Positions 8,361 through 17,085 of a DNA stretch of 64,000 bases are shown here, piece after piece. The notes beneath the pieces are model-generated. The model searched no databases, was not told where the DNA came from, and saw only the letters and a program-made list of their open reading frames with translations. The translations under genes and the position numbers were made by a program. Where the stretch lies: NCBI GenBank assembly GCA_017623355.1, contig JAGAPG010000020.1:2762-66761 (forward strand), given 5' to 3'. Source of the stretch: Clostridia bacterium (lineage in GTDB: Bacteria; Bacillota; Clostridia; Oscillospirales; CAG-272). Each line of letters starts with the position of its first letter. Positions within the stretch are counted from its first letter, which is position 1.

Positions 8361-9280
8361 TTTGTTTCTCCAAGAAAACGCATTATATATGAAAAGGCGT
8401 CTTCCGTATCTATGGGTATTTTATGATAATTTTTCTTTCTTGAAAACCACGTAAGCTGACGCTTTGCGTAGTGACGTGTCGATAATTTGAGCTGAGCTAT
8501 GCAATTTTCAAGTGTGTCCGCCCCTTTGAAATAAGGAATAAATTCCTTGTAGCCGATAGCTCCCGATGCGGTTTTTTCGGGTGAGAGTGATCCGTTTTCG
8601 TAAAGCGCGCGTGCCTCGTCGATAAGCCCTGAGGCTATCATTATATCTACGCGCTCCTCGATTTTTTTGTAGAGAAGCGCCTTGTCCTCGCAGGTGAGGA
8701 AGAACACGTGCGCCTCGTACGGCGGAGCTTGAAGGCGGGATCTTCTGTCCCATTCGGATTTGGTAATACCCGTGCATTTATATATTTCAAGCGCGCGAAT
8801 AACACGCTTAACGTTGTTTTCGTGTGTTGCCTCGGCGCTTTCGGGGTCGATCTCCGTTAGCATTTTATGAAGCGCGCTATTTCCGTTTTCAGAGGCAAAA
8901 AGCTCTAAGGAGTGTCTGTATTTCTCGTCCTTTGCAGTATCGCAAAAAGATGGGATCTCTATTACGCTGTCAAGATAAAGTCCCGTGCCGCCACAGAATA
9001 TCGGCGTTTTTTGGCGTGACGAGATATTCTCTATCGCTTCCTTTGCCAAAACGGCGTAATCCGCGCAGGAAAAGCTTTCGTTGGGATCTAAAATATCTAT
9101 AAGATGATGAGGAACTGCGCTCAGCTCGTCCTTTGTTGCCTTGGCAGTGCCGATGTCCATCGTGCGATATACCTGCATTGAATCACAGGAAATTATTTCG
9201 CCGTTAAGCGCTTTGGCGAGCCTGATGGCAAGAGAGCTTTTTCCGACGGCAGTAGGACCGACGATTGCAATTACCTTCAT
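8357..9280 (-). CDS. miaA: tRNA dimethylallyltransferase MiaA
   Basis: P-loop IVGPTAVGKSSLAI, then DSMQVYRTMDIGTAK, HHLIDI and GGTGLY. Confidence 0.92.
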   Translation of the reverse strand: MKVIAIVGPTAVGKSSLAIRLAKALNGEIISCDSMQVYRTMDIGTAKATKDELSAVPHHLIDILDPNESFSCADYAVLAKEAIENISSRQKTPIFCGGTGLYLDSVIEIPSFCDTAKDEKYRHSLELFASENGNSALHKMLTEIDPESAEATHENNVKRVIRALEIYKCTGITKSEWDRRSRLQAPPYEAHVFFLTCEDKALLYKKIEERVDIMIASGLIDEARALYENGSLSPEKTASGAIGYKEFIPYFKGADTLENCIAQLKLSTRHYAKRQLTWFSRKKNYHKIPIDTEDAFSYIMRFLGETK

Positions 9281-9380
9281 TTTTGCCTCCTCTTTTTATT
9301 TTAAGATTTTTTTGCTTCACCGTTGCGAGTAATTTGAATTAAGCCGATCTCATCGAAGGTATTTATCGATGACTCGCCGG

Positions 9381-10481
9381 TCAAGCTTCTGTGTTTGCTT
9401 GAGGGTGAATGAGCATCGCATCTCCGAAGGAGAAGAACCTATATTTTTCGTCTACGGCGCATTTGTAAGCGTTCATAATTCCGTCCTTGCCGTAGAACGC
9501 GGAAACGAGCATAAGCAGAGTGCTCTCGGGCAGGTGAAAATTCGTTATAAGCGCGTCAACCGCCTTGAATTTGTATCCTGGGAAGATGAAAATGCCCGTA
9601 TCGTCGCACACAGGGTGAACCGTTCCGCTTTCATCAGCGGCACTTTCAAGCGTACGGCACGAGGTTGTGCCAACCGCGATTATTCTTCCGCCTGCGCGCC
9701 TTCTTTCGTTTATTATGTCGGCGCTTTGCTTTGTCACCTCTATATACTCGGTGTGCATTATATGATCTGTTATACTGTCCTCTTTGACGGGGCGGAACGT
9801 GCCAAGACCTACGTGGAGCATAACGGGAACGATTTTAACGCCCTTTGCTTCTATTTTTTCAAGAAGCTCCTTCGTAAAATGAAGTCCCGCGGTGGGTGCG
9901 GCAGCCGAGCCGTTTTCGCGCGCGTATACGGTTTGGTATCTGTTCTTGTCCTCAAGCTTTTTCGTGATATATGGCGGAAGGGGCATTGAGCCTATAATAT
10001 CAAGCACCTCAAAAATGCTTGAATATTTATTTTTGTCGTAGCTAAAGGAAACTATTCTGTTTCCGTCCTCGATAATTTCCTCGACGGTGGCGGTAAGAAT
10101 ATCGCCAAAACGAACACTCCCGCCGAGCTTTATCTTTTTTGCAGGGCGGAGAAGCACCTCGTATCGTTCGTTTTCTCTTTGCTTTAAAAGGAGCATTTCG
10201 ATTTTTGACGGCTCGGATACGAAATCGTCACCGATTCGCACCTTTTCGCCGTATATGCGGGCGGGAATTACCCTTGAATCGTTTATAACGAGCGTGTCGC
10301 CCTCCTTCAAATAGTCGATGATATCGTAAAAATGCTTGTGCTCGATATTTCCGTCCTTTAAAACCATAAGCCTTGAATGGTCGCGAGGCTCGATTGGCGT
10401 TTGTGCGATAAGCTCGTTTGGAAGCTCGTAATAAAAATCGCTTGTACGAAGCGTAGTTTCGGGAAGTTTGTTTTTTATCAT
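9381..10481 (-). CDS. queA: S-adenosylmethionine:tRNA ribosyltransferase-isomerase QueA
   Basis: [34 protein letters not shown] and [14 protein letters not shown] at 10481 with an AAGGA RBS is preferred over the TTG at 10499. Confidence 0.92.
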   Translation of the reverse strand: MIKNKLPETTLRTSDFYYELPNELIAQTPIEPRDHSRLMVLKDGNIEHKHFYDIIDYLKEGDTLVINDSRVIPARIYGEKVRIGDDFVSEPSKIEMLLLKQRENERYEVLLRPAKKIKLGGSVRFGDILTATVEEIIEDGNRIVSFSYDKNKYSSIFEVLDIIGSMPLPPYITKKLEDKNRYQTVYARENGSAAAPTAGLHFTKELLEKIEAKGVKIVPVMLHVGLGTFRPVKEDSITDHIMHTEYIEVTKQSADIINERRRAGGRIIAVGTTSCRTLESAADESGTVHPVCDDTGIFIFPGYKFKAVDALITNFHLPESTLLMLVSAFYGKDGIMNAYKCAVDEKYRFFSFGDAMLIHPQANTEA

Positions 10482-10612
10482 TTTAAGTCCTTTAGTCAAA
10501 ATTCAAAAATGTGAATATATTTGTATTAGAAAATGTAGTTCACCTTATAGTATATAATATTATTTTTATATTTTCAACCGATTTTTGAATTTTTGGAGGA
10601 TTTTTTATAATT

Positions 10613-11497
10613 ATGAAAACAAAAACCGAAATATTTACGGGTATGGCAACTGCTCTTGTAACGCCGTTTTCCTCGGGCAGAGTGGATTACGAGGCGTACG
10701 GAAGGCTGATAGAGTATCAATTAAACGGGGGAGCTGATGCGCTTTGCGTTCTTGGAACTACAGGAGAAAGCGCAACCGTTTCTCTTAGGGAGAGAAAAAG
10801 CATCATCGCCTGCGCCAAGGAGAGAGTTAATAAAAAAGTGCCTATTTTGGTTGGCACGGGCTCAAACTATACAGAAAGAACGCTTAAAATGACCGTTGAA
10901 GCGGAAAAAATGGGCGCGGATGCGTGTCTTGTCGTTACTCCGTATTACAATAAAACGAGCGAGGACGGGCTTATAAAGCACTACAAAAAGGTGGCGGGGA
11001 GTGTCGATATTCCTATAATTTTATACGATGTTCCCTCGCGTACGGGAATGAAGATATCAAGATCGGTGTTGCGCGCTCTTAGCGAGGTAGAGAATATAGT
11101 CGCGATAAAGCAGGCAAATCCCGATCTTACAGAGGTCGGAAAGCAGATGGCGGAGTTTTACGGAAGGTACGATTTTTATTCGGGTAATGACGAGCTGACT
11201 CTGCCGCTTCTCTCTCTCGGAGCAAGGGGCGTTATTTCGGCTGTCGGAAATATAATTCCAAACGAAATATCGACACTCTGTCACGCCTTTTTTGCTAACG
11301 ATATATCAAAAGCAAGAAGGCTTCAGCACTCTGTTGCCCCTCTTGTTGAGGAAATGTTTGCCGAGGTCAGCCCGATTCCTCTTAAATGCGCGCTTTCAAA
11401 AATGGGGCTTTGCAAAAACGAGCTGAGATTACCGCTTGCTCCATCAACAAGGGAAAAAGAGATCGAGCGCATAATTTTAGACTTTATAAAAAATTAA
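10613..11497 (+). CDS. dapA: 4-hydroxy-tetrahydrodipicolinate synthase
   Basis: ALVTPF, GTTGESATVS, TPYYNK and AIKQA (catalytic Lys region). Confidence 0.92.
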   Translation: MKTKTEIFTGMATALVTPFSSGRVDYEAYGRLIEYQLNGGADALCVLGTTGESATVSLRERKSIIACAKERVNKKVPILVGTGSNYTERTLKMTVEAEKMGADACLVVTPYYNKTSEDGLIKHYKKVAGSVDIPIILYDVPSRTGMKISRSVLRALSEVENIVAIKQANPDLTEVGKQMAEFYGRYDFYSGNDELTLPLLSLGARGVISAVGNIIPNEISTLCHAFFANDISKARRLQHSVAPLVEEMFAEVSPIPLKCALSKMGLCKNELRLPLAPSTREKEIERIILDFIKN

Positions 11498-11504
11498 TTA
11501 GTTA

Positions 11505-11533
11505 TTGACTTTATAAATATATTGTGATAAAAT
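11505..11533 (+). promoter_or_regulatory. sigma-A type promoter for the lipoprotein pair
   Basis: TTGACT, 17-nt spacer, TGaTAAAAT. Confidence 0.6.
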
Positions 11534-11564
11534 TAATTTACAATAAAATATAAGGAATCAAAAA

Positions 11565-12272
11565 ATGAAAAAAATCTTATCAATGATTCTTGCCTTTTGT
11601 TTTCTTGCTATGTCGATAGTGCTCGTTTCGTGCAAGCACGATCACGAGATCGATAATTTGAACGGCAAGAGCGCGCTTGATCTTATAACAAACGCCGAAA
11701 AGCAAATGAATCAAAGCAAAAATTATCATATAACCTTTGAGGAAACAGTCTCTACCGAAAAAGACGGCGTAACGACCGACGTAACGTCTGCGGGAGAGGA
11801 AAAAAGAAACGTTACGGGTGAGTATTTCTATACCGCCACGACAGGCAGCTCTGTGATCACAAATGCATACGTTGACGGTATCTATTACAGATCAAACGGT
11901 GCTAAAAAGGAAAAGTATCCGCTTTCAAAGGACGAATTTATGGCGCAAACGTCGATATCTCTTTTCTTGGCAAGCGGTTATTTCAAGGATGCGAAATTCA
12001 AAGAGGACGCCGATAATTATACAACGTCAGTATCGCTTGAGGGCGAGGGGCTTGAATATATCGGAAAGATCTTTGGCGCTACCTGCACCAAGGCTGAATA
12101 TTCCTTTACGTTCAAGGAAGGCGGATCGCTTTTGAGAGCTTATTCGTGCGTGATACTCGATTACGGCACTCATACCAAAACCACAGAGCGCACAACGAAC
12201 GTGGTGTCATTTGCGACGATTGATATATCTGCTCCTGCCGATGCGGATACCTACACACTTATTGAAAAATAA
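11565..12272 (+). CDS. lipoprotein of unknown function (family member 1)
   Basis: Signal peptide plus lipobox LVS-C. Homologous to the C-terminal domain of the next gene (LNGK..., VDGIYYRSNG vs INGMYYQNNNG). Confidence 0.7.
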   Translation: MKKILSMILAFCFLAMSIVLVSCKHDHEIDNLNGKSALDLITNAEKQMNQSKNYHITFEETVSTEKDGVTTDVTSAGEEKRNVTGEYFYTATTGSSVITNAYVDGIYYRSNGAKKEKYPLSKDEFMAQTSISLFLASGYFKDAKFKEDADNYTTSVSLEGEGLEYIGKIFGATCTKAEYSFTFKEGGSLLRAYSCVILDYGTHTKTTERTTNVVSFATIDISAPADADTYTLIEK

Positions 12273-12301
12273 AAAATTTTAAAATATATGGAGGAAAAAC
12301 A

Positions 12302-13819
12302 ATGAAAAAACTTCTTTCACTTCTTCTCGTTTTTCTTATGACCTTTGCTCTTATCGCTTGTGATAGAGATAATGATTCGGATGACGATGAGGATGAACCA
12401 CTTACAATGAGTCAGATTCTTGAAAATCTTGACAAAGCAGACATCGACTATCAGAAAATGGACGATGAACTGATCCTTTCCGGACTTGAGGAGCAATTCG
12501 TAAAGGATTACGAGCTTGAGGTAAACGTAAAGAGTGCAGCCGTTGCGCTCAGCGGTCTTTCGATAGTGGAATTTTCCACGTCCTCAGAGGCTAAAAAGGT
12601 TTACAATGCCACAAAGGAAGATCCCGAAAGTGATGGAATGAGCGTTCGTCTTGAGGGTAAGGTAGTTCTCGTTGCTGCAAATGAGGAGCTTATCGACGCA
12701 GCTCTCGGCAAGGGCAAGGTGGACGAGGAAACAAGCCACAAGCACGAAACAAGCACCAAGGATGACGAAACCTCAACCTCAGCAGTTGTAGTTCCAAGCA
12801 AGGCTGACGTTGACAAGATGCTCGAAAACATCGAGAACGCAGGCTTTGAAGTAGCATTTATTCACGGAAGCGCAGAGGAACAGCTTAATGAGCTCTTGGG
12901 CTCAAACACCGCTGAAAACATTTATTTTTATGAGGGCACGCTCGTTGATGGTGATATAACCGTTCTTGAGTTTAAAACAAGCAAGGATGCTGATGCGGCA
13001 TATAATGTTCTTCTTAAAGAGGGCTTTATCTGTGAGAAGACTATGAACGTCGTTGCTTACGCAGACAGAGAAACTCTTGTTGATTTCGCTATAAACGGAC
13101 CTAAGGAGCAGGATGACCTTAACGGTAAGAATCCCGAAACCATTTACAACGATGCTTACGAGCTTATTTCAAATCTTACCAAGGGTAAAATCACTACGAC
13201 ACAAATAATCGATATGGATATGAATGCCGGCGGTCAGACCATGACACAGTCAGTAGTTCAAACAGTTGTAAATTCTATTGACGGCAATAATTTCTATAAC
13301 CATATTGAAAATCAAATGAATACCATTGAGGCTTGGTATATTAACGGAATGTACTATCAGAACAACAACGGAACAAAGCAAAAGGGAGAGCTTGATATTG
13401 ATGCTTATTATACCGTTCTCGGTCTTGATCCCGATCAGAAGTTCTTGGTAGGCGTTAGCCCCGATATGCTTAAGGACGTTAAGTTTGAGTCCTTAGCCGA
13501 TATGTACTATCTCGTATTTACAATAGACGGTGAGCAATATACCGAAACTATGGGTAACGCTCTTGGCGATATGTACGCTCAGTACGATGCTAAGATCAAG
13601 ATTTCTGACGTTACTTACAGAGTTTACTTTGACGCAAACGGAAATATTCAGAATATGATGGCTGATTTTTCAATGGATATGACAATGACGATAAGCGGTC
13701 AAAATGTTACTGTTTATGCTGAGGTTGATCAAAACTCTACATTCGAGAATATAGGAACAGAGGAAGTTACTGCTCCTTCGGATGCAAGCAGATATCAATC
13801 TGTTGTTTGGCAGTATTAA
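12302..13819 (+). CDS. lipoprotein of unknown function (family member 2; internal ~100-aa duplication)
   Basis: Lipobox LIA-C and an acidic linker. Two repeated modules: ILENLDKA..IVEFSTSSEAKKVYN and MLENIENA..VLEFKTSKDADAAYN. The C-terminal domain is paralogous to 11565-12272. Confidence 0.7.
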   Translation: MKKLLSLLLVFLMTFALIACDRDNDSDDDEDEPLTMSQILENLDKADIDYQKMDDELILSGLEEQFVKDYELEVNVKSAAVALSGLSIVEFSTSSEAKKVYNATKEDPESDGMSVRLEGKVVLVAANEELIDAALGKGKVDEETSHKHETSTKDDETSTSAVVVPSKADVDKMLENIENAGFEVAFIHGSAEEQLNELLGSNTAENIYFYEGTLVDGDITVLEFKTSKDADAAYNVLLKEGFICEKTMNVVAYADRETLVDFAINGPKEQDDLNGKNPETIYNDAYELISNLTKGKITTTQIIDMDMNAGGQTMTQSVVQTVVNSIDGNNFYNHIENQMNTIEAWYINGMYYQNNNGTKQKGELDIDAYYTVLGLDPDQKFLVGVSPDMLKDVKFESLADMYYLVFTIDGEQYTETMGNALGDMYAQYDAKIKISDVTYRVYFDANGNIQNMMADFSMDMTMTISGQNVTVYAEVDQNSTFENIGTEEVTAPSDASRYQSVVWQY

Positions 13820-13833
13820 TTTAAATAAAATGA

Positions 13834-13865
13834 AAACAGTGCTGAATTTCAGCACTGTTTTTTTG
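13834..13865 (+). terminator. intrinsic terminator
   Basis: aaaacagtgctga-attt-tcagcactgtttt followed by a T-run. Confidence 0.85.
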
Positions 13866-13879
13866 CAAATCGCTTTAAT

Positions 13880-14030
13880 TTGAAATTCACTCACGACGGC
13901 GAGGAAAGGCAATGAAGTGAAGAGTGAAGAGTGAAAAGATAAGAGGGACTTCAAGAGAAAATGTGTCTGTAAAATCTAATAAAACAAAATAAAGTAAGGC
14001 TACTCGCCTGCGGTAGCTTGACCGCCCGGG
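13880..14030. repeat. dispersed intergenic repeat family, copy 1
   Basis: Aligns by eye to 18950-19062 and 19100-19215. Core: gt(g/a)tct(g/a)taaaat(c/t)taa(a)t..caaa(a)taaagtaaggctac.cgcctgcgg. Confidence 0.75.
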
Positions 14031-15910
14031 CAAAGCGGATATTTTTTCAAAAGCGCAAGAATGTACCAAGCAGACATACTTCCGTTGTCCTCGTCTCCCG
14101 GATAAGACTCCGGAGAAAAGCACTCGGCAAGAATTTTCGTAAGGAGCGCATCGCATTTTTCCTGTTCTCCTATATATTCATAAAGGAACGGAATAGAGAA
14201 CGACGGCTGATTTGAAATCGCGCATTGACCGAGCTCAACGGATGCCATCTCCGTCATTTCGTGTATTTCCGAGCCGTAACCGCCGACCCTGTATCGCGGA
14301 GCTTGGTATACGGTTTCGTCAAGGCGCTTTAAAAACGCATCCCTTCCGCCAATCATTTCGATAAGAGAGTCAAGCGCGTGCGGAACCGCGAAGGTCGTTT
14401 GCCAAGCACAGCCCTCGGTGTAATCACCGCCCCAGGATAAAGGATCGAAATCCTCTTTGAAATTACCGAGAGAGTCCTTAGGGCGCATAAATTTAGTTTC
14501 GGGGTCAAAAAGATTTTTGTAGCTTTCGGAGCGCTTTAAATATTCCTTTTCTATATCCGTGTAACCGAGAATGCCCGCCACTCTTGCGATACACCAATCT
14601 CCGTAGGCAAAATCGAGGGTGAGGTTTACGCTTTCCTTTTCAAGATCGCAGGGGACGTATCCGTATTTTAAGTAATGCTCAATGCCCGAGCGACCGTATC
14701 TTTTATCCTTGGACGGAGTGGTTGCGTGATGTATCATAGCAAAAAGAAGCTCGTTTAAAAGCTCGCGCGAGCCAATTCCCCTTGCTGCGGCATCGGCAAT
14801 TGTTGCATCAATAAGCGTGCTTGGCATACATCCCACCTCGCCAAGAGCGCTCCAACGCGGTAAATATCCACATTCCTTGTAATCGTTAAGCGCGCTTTCG
14901 AGGAATTTTTCATAAAAATCGGGCGCAGTTATCGCAAAAAGCGGAAACGACGTGCGGTAAACGTCCCAAAAGCCGTAGCCTGTGTATCTTACACCCTCGC
15001 GAGTTTTGGCATCATAGGGCGAATAATGGACACATTGTCCGTTATTATCAAGTTCAAAGGCGGCGTGAGGATACAAAAAGGTTCTGTAAAGACACGAGTA
15101 GAAAATACGCATATCGCGCTCGGTCTTTATCGGAGCTTCAATGCAGGAAAGACGCTTTTCCCAGACACTCTCGGCGACTTTTTGAAGCTCGTTAAACGAA
15201 AGCGAGCCACATTCGCGCTCAAGAGAAGCAAGCGCCATATCGAAGCTTATGTAGGAAATAGCGATACGCGCCTCGACGTTTTTTGAATTTACAGACACGT
15301 GGAACGCATTTTCTGTTTTATATGAGCGTTCGGGATCTATTCCGTTTAAAAAACGGATCGCGTAGTACATTTTGAAGTCCTTGACATCGCCCTTCGCACA
15401 GTAATCGTTAGTGCCGAAAAGCGTAAGAGAGCCCTTGTCAAGATCAAATTCGGCGTTTCCGTAGATATTGAAAACCGAAAAATAAGGCTTTAGCATATTT
15501 TCATAGGTAAGTCTTATCGCGGCGCAGCGCTCCGTGGGAGTAAGCTCGAGCGTACATTCCGAGCGAAGAAATTTTATTTTCAAAAAATCGGGGCGGAAAA
15601 CGCTTTCTTCTATTCTGTATCCCGACCAAGCACCTGCGGGAGTGTCGCTTATTACGTCGTTTTGAGGGGTAAAAAGAACCGTTGCGTAATCGTCTATCCA
15701 AGGGCTTGGCTGATGAGTCAGACGAACGCCCTCAAGATATGGAGCGTTTGGAGAAAAGAACCACTCTCTTTTTTCGGAAAGCCTTTCCGTTTGAGGACAA
15801 AAGGAAATCATTCCGAAGGGGAGCTGTGTAAGCGGGAGCGTGTTTCCGCGTGAAAAGCGCGGAGAGGAGTCACTGCCCATTTTTGTATTAACGTAAGAAA
15901 TATAATTCAT
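14000..15910 (-). CDS. GH92 family alpha-mannosidase
   Basis: N-terminal VNTKMGSDS..FSRGNTLP..LPFGM and the central GGDYTEGCAWQTTFAVPH block are typical of GH92. The last ~10 codons are encoded by the repeat element. Confidence 0.8.
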   Translation of the reverse strand: MNYISYVNTKMGSDSSPRFSRGNTLPLTQLPFGMISFCPQTERLSEKREWFFSPNAPYLEGVRLTHQPSPWIDDYATVLFTPQNDVISDTPAGAWSGYRIEESVFRPDFLKIKFLRSECTLELTPTERCAAIRLTYENMLKPYFSVFNIYGNAEFDLDKGSLTLFGTNDYCAKGDVKDFKMYYAIRFLNGIDPERSYKTENAFHVSVNSKNVEARIAISYISFDMALASLERECGSLSFNELQKVAESVWEKRLSCIEAPIKTERDMRIFYSCLYRTFLYPHAAFELDNNGQCVHYSPYDAKTREGVRYTGYGFWDVYRTSFPLFAITAPDFYEKFLESALNDYKECGYLPRWSALGEVGCMPSTLIDATIADAAARGIGSRELLNELLFAMIHHATTPSKDKRYGRSGIEHYLKYGYVPCDLEKESVNLTLDFAYGDWCIARVAGILGYTDIEKEYLKRSESYKNLFDPETKFMRPKDSLGNFKEDFDPLSWGGDYTEGCAWQTTFAVPHALDSLIEMIGGRDAFLKRLDETVYQAPRYRVGGYGSEIHEMTEMASVELGQCAISNQPSFSIPFLYEYIGEQEKCDALLTKILAECFSPESYPGDEDNGSMSAWYILALLKKYPLCPGGQATAGE

Positions 15911-16036
15911 ATAAGTCTCCTTAAGGTTGTTAATTTAATTGTAGCCTGCTTTTAGAAAATAGTCAAGTGATAATTGACAAAAACAAAGCAAAGTGATATT
16001 ATTTAATTAACAAACAATTTAAAAGGAGAAATTTTT

Positions 16037-16786
16037 ATGAGTATAGAGGTAATAAGTTTTAATATAAGATGCGCAAATGATCCTAACGGTCATTCGATAG
16101 ATGAACGCGCACCGAGAGTGAAAAGCGTGATATCGCGCTTTGATGCCGATATAATCGGCTTTCAGGAATGTACTCCCAAATGGCTCTCTTATATAGAGGA
16201 ATACTATTCGGGCGAGTACGAGATCTTCAATAAATACCGTTACGCCGAGGAGGAGAGCGCTCCGTTGCTTTTCAAAAAATCGCGCTTTGAGTGCGAGGAT
16301 AAGGGGTATTTTTGGTTTTCCGATACTCCGAATGTTGAATCAAGAGGCTGGGACGAGCTTTACAATTGCTACAGAATCTGTATGTGGGCGATTTTGAAGG
16401 ACAAGAAAACGGGCGAAAAAATACAGGTGATAAATACGCATTTCGGATTTGGAGATAACGGACAGATAAAAAGCGTAGGGCTTATGCGTGAAAGAGCAAG
16501 GGCTGTTGAATATCCCGTTGTTATGATGGGCGATTTTAATATGACGCCCGAAAATAAGGCGTATGCCGAGATGACAAAGGACTTTTTTGACGTAAACGCG
16601 CAAACCAAAAACGATATGAGAGATACCTATCACGGCTACGGAAACGGTCACGGCTCGCATATAGATCATTTCTTTATAAATGAAGGCTTTGAGCCGATGG
16701 ATTACGAAATGCTTGACGATACCTTTGACGGAAAATATCCGTCGGATCACTACGGAATAAGATGCGTTATCAAGACGAAATATTAA
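16037..16786 (+). CDS. endonuclease/exonuclease/phosphatase (EEP) family protein
   Basis: ISFNIR, GFQE, GDFN and SDH motifs of the EEP fold. Confidence 0.8.
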   Translation: MSIEVISFNIRCANDPNGHSIDERAPRVKSVISRFDADIIGFQECTPKWLSYIEEYYSGEYEIFNKYRYAEEESAPLLFKKSRFECEDKGYFWFSDTPNVESRGWDELYNCYRICMWAILKDKKTGEKIQVINTHFGFGDNGQIKSVGLMRERARAVEYPVVMMGDFNMTPENKAYAEMTKDFFDVNAQTKNDMRDTYHGYGNGHGSHIDHFFINEGFEPMDYEMLDDTFDGKYPSDHYGIRCVIKTKY

Positions 16787-16814
16787 GCATTTGTTAATAA
16801 AAATAAATAAATTC

Positions 16815-16836
16815 ATTTGCATAGGTGCAAATTTTT
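16815..16836 (+). terminator. weak intrinsic terminator
   Basis: atttgca-tagg-tgcaaat followed by tttt. Confidence 0.45.
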
Positions 16837-16975
16837 CTAAAAATATGAATGAAATGTTAATTTTTTGACAAGAAGATTATCAAAATCTGCCGAACCCTAT
16901 GTGATATCAGAACTTCTTATTGTTAAATTCAACAAAACGAGAGGCTTCAATTTGTGCAATTTTCACAAATCGGCA

Positions 16976-16984
16976 GGGGGGGGG
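16976..16984 (+). repeat. homopolymeric G9 tract
   Basis: Nine consecutive G, 23 nt upstream of the -35 of the lipoprotein promoter. Confidence 0.95.
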
Positions 16985-17006
16985 TTGGTTTTTTGTGCAA
17001 AAAGAC

Positions 17007-17035
17007 TTTACAAAGTTATTCGCATATGATATAAT
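17007..17035 (+). promoter_or_regulatory. sigma-A type promoter of lipoprotein gene 17086
   Basis: TTTACA, 17-nt spacer, TGaTATAAT. Confidence 0.65.
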
Positions 17036-17085
17036 ATGCAATACCGAGAAATACTCGTGATAAAAATTTTTAAAGGAGAAAAACA

